Shown piece after piece: positions 54,942-64,000 of a stretch of 64,000 bases of DNA. A model generated the notes under the pieces. That model was not told where the DNA came from. It saw only the letters and a list, made by a program, of their open reading frames with translations, and searched no databases. The stretch lies in the NCBI RefSeq assembly GCF_009914755.1, contig NC_060937.1. One strand, 5' to 3'. The DNA comes from the human T2T-CHM13v2.0 reference genome, Homo sapiens. The stretch's first letter is position 1; each line of letters starts with the position of its first letter. The position numbers and the translations under genes are program-made.

Positions 54942-56711
54942 TGCGTGTGCCTTTCTACAGAGAATACCTCTGGGGCATTTGGGGATCCCTACAGTCCCGG
55001 ACCCTCCCTGTCCCCTGCTGCCTGTGCTTCTTCCCTTGCCTGCTGTCAGAGCCTAACATGGAGGAGGAGGTTGCCGCCCTGTGAGCCTGAGGGAGCTGTG
55101 TCTGACTGGAACTTCTGTCTGGGGTTTTGCGAAGACCTACTTATGAATATGGTCTGTCCAGATACCTTGTTTCAAAGGAAGTGAACATGAGCTAGCAAGT
55201 GTAGCCACCCCACAGCTGATAAACAACTTTGTCTTGTTTTTAAATCATCAATCTTCATTTCACATTGGAATAAAGTAAGTGAAACCTGCTACCCCAGCCT
55301 CTCCCGTGTGTTCTGTAGCCCAGACTCATGTGGTTGTGTGGGCTGTTGTCAGAAATGTTATTAAAAGGTTATGCATAAATTAGATCAAATATAAAATTAT
55401 GCTTATAATGTCACTTGATTGGGAGGTAAGAGGGTAGAGTCACAGGAAATCTGTTGGGGTTTACACCCCTGCTACTTACCAAGCTCATAAGAGTGTGACA
55501 CTGGTGACCATCACCTGACATTGGTGACAGAAGAGAAAAGGCCGAAGTGAAGGCCAGGTAGGAGAGAGGTGCCACGCTGTGGGGCCAGGCCCTGCGCATG
55601 CTGGGCCTGTTAGGTCACTGAACATCTAACTACCCGGGAACCAGCTCTTTTCACATCATTTGAGGTAAGACGATGGGGGAGCACTCTCCAGAAGTCACAC
55701 TGCGCTGGGAGAATGGAGGAGAGTCTACATCCCGCCATCTTAGGGTAGGTTTTAGATTGAGCTGGACTGTCTTGGAGAGCTAATGAGATGGGAGGAAGAC
55801 AGTCCCCCAGGTGCACCTGACAGCCAGAGCCTATGAAGTTAGGGGGGTTGTGTGGGGGTGGCCTGTCCCTATAAGAGGAGGAGCTTAAAGCTCTTAAAGC
55901 TGGTGGCTGCTGCTCTGCCATCCCTCTACAGAGCAGGCAAGTCCTCAGCTGCACGAATATCTGAATGTCTTTTGGAGTGTTAGAGTCCTCTGTGTCTTAG
56001 AAATTTTGAAAAGAAAAACAAATCTCAATTTTAATGTTGATTAGTTTCTCTGAGCCAATTGGGAAAAAAAACGTCCTTCACCTCAAAGGTTTAAGTGACA
56101 CCGAAGGGTAGCCACCAGTGTCTCGGCCACTGAAGCCTCATGCACGCTCTCACTACCAGTTTGATTTGCAGCCCCATAGTTGTGTTGTACTACATATTCT
56201 TTCCTCTGGCCTTGTCCAGTGAACACGGTTCACATGGCTAACACCACTTCTTGAGATGCGAGCACCATGCAAAGCTGAAAACGGATTGGGTTTTGTGACC
56301 ATTGTGCCTCCTCCTTACCTGAGAGGCCCATTTTCCCTGGTTGATTCATTAAGTGTATTGGTGCTGTCAGTCACCTTTGGACAATTCCAATGACAAGTGG
56401 CTGTTGATTCATAAAGAAAATGAAGGCTTTAGATGTGACACCCTCATTTTCTCTTGTCCTTCTCTTAGGTGAAAGATTTTATTTTTTTCAAAAGGCTACA
56501 TACTGGTATCCCAGCAGGTGGAATGTAAGAAGGGGCAATTGTTGGGCTATGGTATCAGTGTGGATGGGCAATTCTTCAAGATGGAAAACCAAGTCTCACT
56601 GAGTTGCTGGAGCCATAGTCACCTTTCTCCACATCCCCCACCATGGGCTTTCACTTTTCTCCTGTGCTTGAATTTTTTTCACATACAAATTTTTATACAC
56701 ACACACACACG

Positions 56712-56973
56712 TCACACTCTGTCAGTGCATGGGCTGAATCTTGGTTCACTTCAGCCTCAAACTCTTAGGCTCCAGTGATGCTTTCACCTCAGCCTCTCAA
56801 GTAGCTGGGACTACAGGCATGCAAAGCTACGCCCAGACAATTTTTAAATATTTTTCTAGAGACTGAGCCTACTTATGTTGCCCAGACACGTCTTGAACTC
56901 CTGGGATCAAGCGATCATCCCACCTTGGCCACCCAAAGTGTTTAGATTACAGGTCTGAGCTACCACTCTCAGC
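56712..56973 (-). mobile_element. Old Alu (mirror of 11599-11860)
   Basis: Alu motifs at the mirrored position. Confidence 0.8.
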
Positions 56974-57832
56974 AAAAATATATTTTAAAGAACAGTTACA
57001 ACCAAATTATGAGTTATGATTATGCCACTGTCCTCCAGCCTGGGCACCAGAGCAAGACCTTGTATCCAAAAACTAAGCAAAACTAAACAAGAACAAAAAA
57101 AAAACCTTATAAACAAATTAAATTTTAAGATTATGTCATCTGTGTCCTTCCCTGCCCTCCAAGCTATCAATGTTAAATATAATGGTTATTGAGAAAATGG
57201 TTAGATATTATTAAGAAATTTCTATATATCTTCCAGCTGAGAATAGGTATTCTGATGTGGCCCAAATATTTTCTCACCGCTACCTTCAGGGTCTCAACTA
57301 ACAAATCAGGACACCTGCAGAGGACAGTTGGCCGTTTTCAAATAGAAAGAGAAATACCCCCGTTCATGAGAGTAATCCAGTGATTTTCAAAAAGACAAGT
57401 CAGACTGACATGCAGCGCAGTCGGGCCACAATTACCCTGGAATAATCACTTCATACAGAATGGTTGAGGAGACTTTCTAAGATGAGCAAATTTGGGCAGC
57501 ATAATCCTTGCTTATTTATTCCCGGCCCCCGCTGCCCGCCTGATTCCTAATGGCCACCCTACAATGTGGTCAGCAGTGGGATGTAGCGTGGTGAGAGAGG
57601 GGCTCAGGGATGGGATGAAGGTCTTTCCTGCATTATCAAAATGCAGGTTAAAAAGTTGTTAAAAAGATGTCCAAATGTTCTAATTCCTACTGTTAAATAG
57701 CTGCTAAGACGCATTATACAACAGACCCAGGTAAGGGAAGGAGCATGTGCATTTCAAGTCTCAGCTCACGTCTTAATTAGCTGTGATACTCTGGGCATGT
57801 GACCCCTACTATACGAGCCTGTTTGCCTGTCA

Positions 57833-59715
<1,883 letters not shown>

Positions 59716-59734
59716 CAAAAATGCACTAAGGCTG

Positions 59735-60400
59735 AGGGGGAGTGGGGGTAGGGGCAGGAGTCAGGCGGGGGTGGGTGAGTCCTGGAGTTTTATCCAGTCA
59801 TTGACACTGATGTGGGAACCGCCCAATCAGGCGCGCAGTTGGAGAGGACAGGAGAGGAGGGCGTGGCTTCCGGCGTTTGGCGGGATCTGTGTCTCTCGCT
59901 GGCGCTGGCACAGGAACTTGGGATCTGTCTCTTCCTTCGCCTCCTGCACCTTGGGAGCCCTGGGCTACTCTTTCACGGCCCCTGTTGCCCTGTGATCTGT
60001 AGGTCCTTGGGGACGCACAGTTAAGGTGCCAGGACATCCTGGAAGCTGGGAAATGGTGAGTATACGGGGTTCGGCATCCCGAGAGGGGAGAGCAGGCTGT
60101 GAAACCGGCAGGACCGGCCTCCCCACGGTTAGCTCCGAGTCTCCCGCAGCTTGGCCCTCAGTCCCCTGTGGCTGCAAGATGGCCGCTGGGCCAGCAGCGA
60201 GGACCCCCACATCCGGCCTGGCCCATCCGGTCCTGTCCCTGGGCAGCGCCCTGCTCTGCGCCCACAGCCATGAGTATTTCCCAGATTGTTCAGGGAGGCC
60301 TGGTGGGTCATCAGGGAAAAACCGCGACTGGGTGTTTGCGTGGGAGGAGCTGCGGCCCGTGGGGTCCACAGTCTCTCTTGTTAAAAATTAACGGGAGTCT
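59735..60400 (+). promoter_or_regulatory. CpG-island promoter with KRAB-ZNF-type exon 1 (right copy), directed away from the IR centre
   Basis: CCAAT at ~59823, GC box gggcgtggc at ~59860, ETS core cttccgg at ~59868. Exon 1 ends gaaATG|gtgag (ATG 60053, donor 60056). YY1-like CAAGATGGCCGC at 60175-60186. Confidence 0.85.
59870..60055 (+). ncRNA. Putative first exon of the paired DJ lncRNA (disnor187/disnor238-like)
   Basis: Mirror of 8480-8665; identity inferred from the locus geometry. Confidence 0.5.
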
Positions 60401-60401
60401 A

Positions 60402-60780
60402 TGTTAAACGTTAACCAGTTTATCTGAACAAACAGTGATTGGTGAAATGGAAAGCACCCAGCCATGATTTCTGGTCCACCAGAGGGGCATAAAGGAAAGG
60501 CTTTTATAAGATGCATGAGAAAGCAACCCAAATTCAAAAATTGGTTCCAGTTATGTAGTCACCTTATTTGAACTATCCAGATGGAAATGTCCTGGTTACA
60601 TATTCAGAGGTTAATTGCATGTTTGCCATTGGTTAAACGTGCATTTTGTTTCAGGCTAAGATAATGGTTTATAGGAAATGTATTTGAGTTAGGTTTTAGT
60701 TTTTTTTTTTTTTTTAACCTATGAACCCAGGACACTAGAGCCACTTTAGTCTAATTTTCTGCTCTTTAATTATTTTAACT
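60402..60780 (-). mobile_element. ERV1-class LTR (mirror of 7745-8134)
   Basis: Reverse complement of the left copy. Confidence 0.55.
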
Positions 60781-61349
60781 CTCCAGAGGAGGACTGGTTT
60801 TCTCCTGTGTTTTTTTTACTATATGGCAAGTGGAACCTCTAATCGACCACCCTGTTTTTCAGCCTAACTCAGGCTTGTGGTAAAATTATCAGTTCCCACT
60901 TTCTTTGCTGCATTCTCAAATGCAACACAGGAGAACAGCTTTCCCTTGCAAATTCACAATGCTGTTAACTATTTGTCCTTTATTATACATTTCATTAAAG
61001 TTTTCTATTATTGGATTTCTTTCTACTTCTCCCTACAGTTCTGGCAATATTTGCTTTTTATATTTAGAAGCCTCCCTTTTGGGTGCATAAATATATATAG
61101 CTATATTCACTTGACAAATTAACCTCTATTATTATTGTATGGTAAACTCATTTCATGCTTGTGAGAGACATTGCTAGAAAGTCTATTTTGTCTAATTTAA
61201 GCATAACTACCATTGAACTCCTTTGGCTATTATTTGCATGGAATATCATTTTCTATCCTTTCACTTTTAGCCTATGCTCTTAATTCATAATTGAGTCTCT
61301 TGTAAGCAGCATATTACGAGGTTTAAAAGTTTCATTTATCCACTCTGTC

Positions 61350-61711
61350 TGCTTTAGTCTCTTTTGGCTGTTATAACAGAATATCACAGACTGGTAATTA
61401 ATAAAGAACAGAATTTTATTTGACTCATGATTCTGGAGGCTGGGAAGGTAAAAGAACGTTACTGGTATCTGTTGAAGGTCTAGTTGCTGGATAATAACAT
61501 GGCCAAAGATGTGAGGGAGAGAGAGCTTTTTTTTTTAATATATAACAGATCCATTCTTGTTAAAATTAACCCATTCCCATAATAAGAACATTAATCCATT
61601 CATGAGGGCAGAGTGCTTATAGCTTAATTAATTTTTAAAGGTTCCACCTCTTAATTCTATCACATTGGCCATTTTATCCTAAATTTTGGAGATGACATTC
61701 AGTCTACAGAA
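61350..61711 (-). mobile_element. MaLR LTR (mirror of 6811-7179)
   Basis: Reverse complement of the left copy. Confidence 0.8.
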
Positions 61712-61856
61712 GTATCTGTTTAGTAGATAATTTAATCTTTTTATTTGTAAGGTAGTGATAGGTAAGCAGTTACTATTGTACATTTGTAGTTTTCTGTCCA
61801 TTTTAAGTTTGCTTCTTTTTTTTCTGGTTCTGTCTTTCCTGTGGTATTGTTCATTT

Positions 61857-62076
61857 TTGTTGATACAAAGTTATGCTTTCTTGCTCAGACTGAAGTTCAG
61901 TGGCATATCACAGCTCACTGTAGCCTCAATCTCCTGGGCTCAAGCAATCCTCCCCCCTTAGCCACCCAAGTAGCTTGGACTACTTGGACACGTACCACAA
62001 CACCCAAGGAGCTTATGATTCTTCCACCTTGGCCTCCAAAAGTGTTGGAATTATAAGCAGGAGCCACTGTATCCAA
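61857..62076 (-). mobile_element. Old Alu (mirror of 6450-6668)
   Basis: Alu motifs. Confidence 0.8.
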
Positions 62077-63328
62077 TGTGTAATTTTTGTTGTTTGTGTA
62101 TGCTTTAATTACTTTCTCTTTTTCTTTACTATGTTTTTTTCCCCCCAGTGGTTATCATGAGACTTATGTAAAACCTCTTGTATTTTAATAGTCTAGTTTA
62201 AGATGATAACAATTTAGAGTATTCTGAATTTCAGTATGTATTTACCATTTTTAGTGACATTTATACTTTAGTATTTTTCATATTGTTAGTTAGCATTTCG
62301 TCATATCAATGTGAAGATTTCTTCCAGACCATGGCTGGAGAAGGAAAGAAGGTGTGTTTTGCCTGATTCAGGGACTATAGAGAGAACCAAGTTCTGCAGG
62401 CCTGTCACCTAAGTCTCAGATGAGTATGAATTCTCTTGTGTTTTTCACAGATTTTTGCAGTGGCAGGACCAAGTTCAAATGAGTCATAGCCAAGTCTACA
62501 GTAAGATGTGGTAGTATTCTGTTTTGAACCGAGGACCATGATTGGCAAGCTTGCCACTTGGTCAAGTACTTACCCTCTAAAGATGTCTTCCTTGGTCTTT
62601 GCCTCCAGCTGGGTGTCACAAACTCTGAACTGGATTCTAAGGCTTTCATGAATGCACTTATGTTTCCTGTGGCAGCTGCATTATGTTGTGGGGGATGTGC
62701 ATGCCGAACCTCCCATTCTGTCGTCTTGCTTATGTTACTCTCCTTTATGTTTCACTTTCTCAAATGAATGTCAAGCTGGTGATTTTTAGATTCAAAAATT
62801 CTAAAATAAATTGCTCAAATTTCCACATTATGTAAGCTATTAATAAAATGTCTTGTAGGTGCTACATATTCATTAAAATTTTTGGTTGTAATTTTAAGCT
62901 CACTGCAGGCAGAATGGAATCATTAACATTTATATTCTTTTTTTTAGTCTGTATCTAAATGATGGTATATTTTAATTCCAGATATTTACTTTATACTGCA
63001 GTAATGCTCGTCATATTTTGCAAAATTTATGTTGTTCTTTTATTTGGAAATATAAGGCTTTTTTAGCTCCTGAAATCTATATTATAGTCATATAATTTTA
63101 TTATGTTTTGTGGTAAGAAGTGCAGCAACATATTGAGAACATAATAAAATTATCCTGTATTTTTAATGATTATTTATTAAATTCCTCTCATTACAGCCTG
63201 TTATTAATGATTGTAATGTATTTTCTGTATAATTTTACTTCAATTTATTAAATTCTAATGACTTAAATTGTCTGCTTTTCATGAGTGCACACAGTTGAAT
63301 GCTGTAGGTATCTAAAGAAATATTTTTC

Positions 63329-63638
63329 GGCCGGTTGTGGTGGCTCATGCCTGTATTCCCAGCACCTTGGGAGGCCAAGGCGGGTGGATCACGAGGTCAG
63401 GAGATCGAGACAACCCTGACTAACATGGTGAAACCCCGTCTCTACTAAATATACAAAAAATTAGCCGGGCATAGTGGCAGGCGCCTGTATCCCCAGCTAC
63501 TCAGGAGGCTGAGGCAGGAGAATGGCGTGAACTCAGTGGACAGAGTTTGCAGTGAGCCGAGATCGCGCCACTGCACTCCAGCCTGGGCAACAGGGCAAGA
63601 CTCTGTCTCAAAAAAAAATAAAAAAAACAAAACAAAAC
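63329..63638 (+). mobile_element. AluY (mirror of 4905-5198)
   Basis: ggatcacgaggtcaggagatcgagac, gaatggcgtgaac and gagatcgcgccactgcactccagcc. Confidence 0.9.
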
Positions 63639-64000
63639 GGTTATTTTCCATTGTAAATCTATGTTGTATTCAGGATTTTATGCATGAAAATCTCTCTTCT
63701 TATTTTCAATTCCGTGTTATTGTGTTTCTTTTCTTGGGAGTTATGTTTTCTCAGATCAGTTAAATGTATTTTTATTTTAAAGCTTGATATCATCAGTTGA
63801 AAGATAATTTTTAGCTCGGTACACTTTATCTCAATGTGATGTTTAATATATGTGTGAATTAGCTGTGTTTGTTGCTTATAGATATATCTGTATGTTTTTC
63901 ACTTATGTAAGTATGACATCTTTTTCCTTGTTTTTTTTTTTTTTCAGTTTCAGATAGGCTTTTTTTTTTTTTTAAGAGAATTTTAAAACAGAGTCGAAAG

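Noticed and set aside
60473-60491. Second CTCF-like sequence GGTCCACCAGAGGGGCATA (mirror ~8046-8064)
   Set aside because: Lacks the conserved C after the GG core in register; too weak to call without a PWM score.

Overview
This is hominid (most likely human) genomic DNA with no intact protein-coding gene. A giant imperfect inverted repeat dominates the window: 4511-31309 is the reverse complement of 37214-64000, the repeat runs off the window edge, and a unique ~5.9 kb spacer (31310-37213) separates the arms. Each arm carries, pointing away from the centre, an unprocessed and internally deleted CLUH pseudogene, then a CpG-island promoter and first exon of KRAB-zinc-finger type with no KRAB or zinc-finger exons in view. 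A processed CTDSP2 pseudogene lies further out, and mirrored Alu, L1 and LTR insertions fill the rest. The spacer begins with a 5'-truncated vomeronasal V1R pseudogene cut exactly at the left arm junction. The ~6 kb spacer and two divergent CpG promoters ~51 kb apart match my recollection of the rDNA distal junction (DJ) inverted repeat on human acrocentric short arms (disnor187/disnor238 lncRNA promoters). That assignment is an inference and needs alignment. All coordinates and identity values come from manual reading and small hand alignments.
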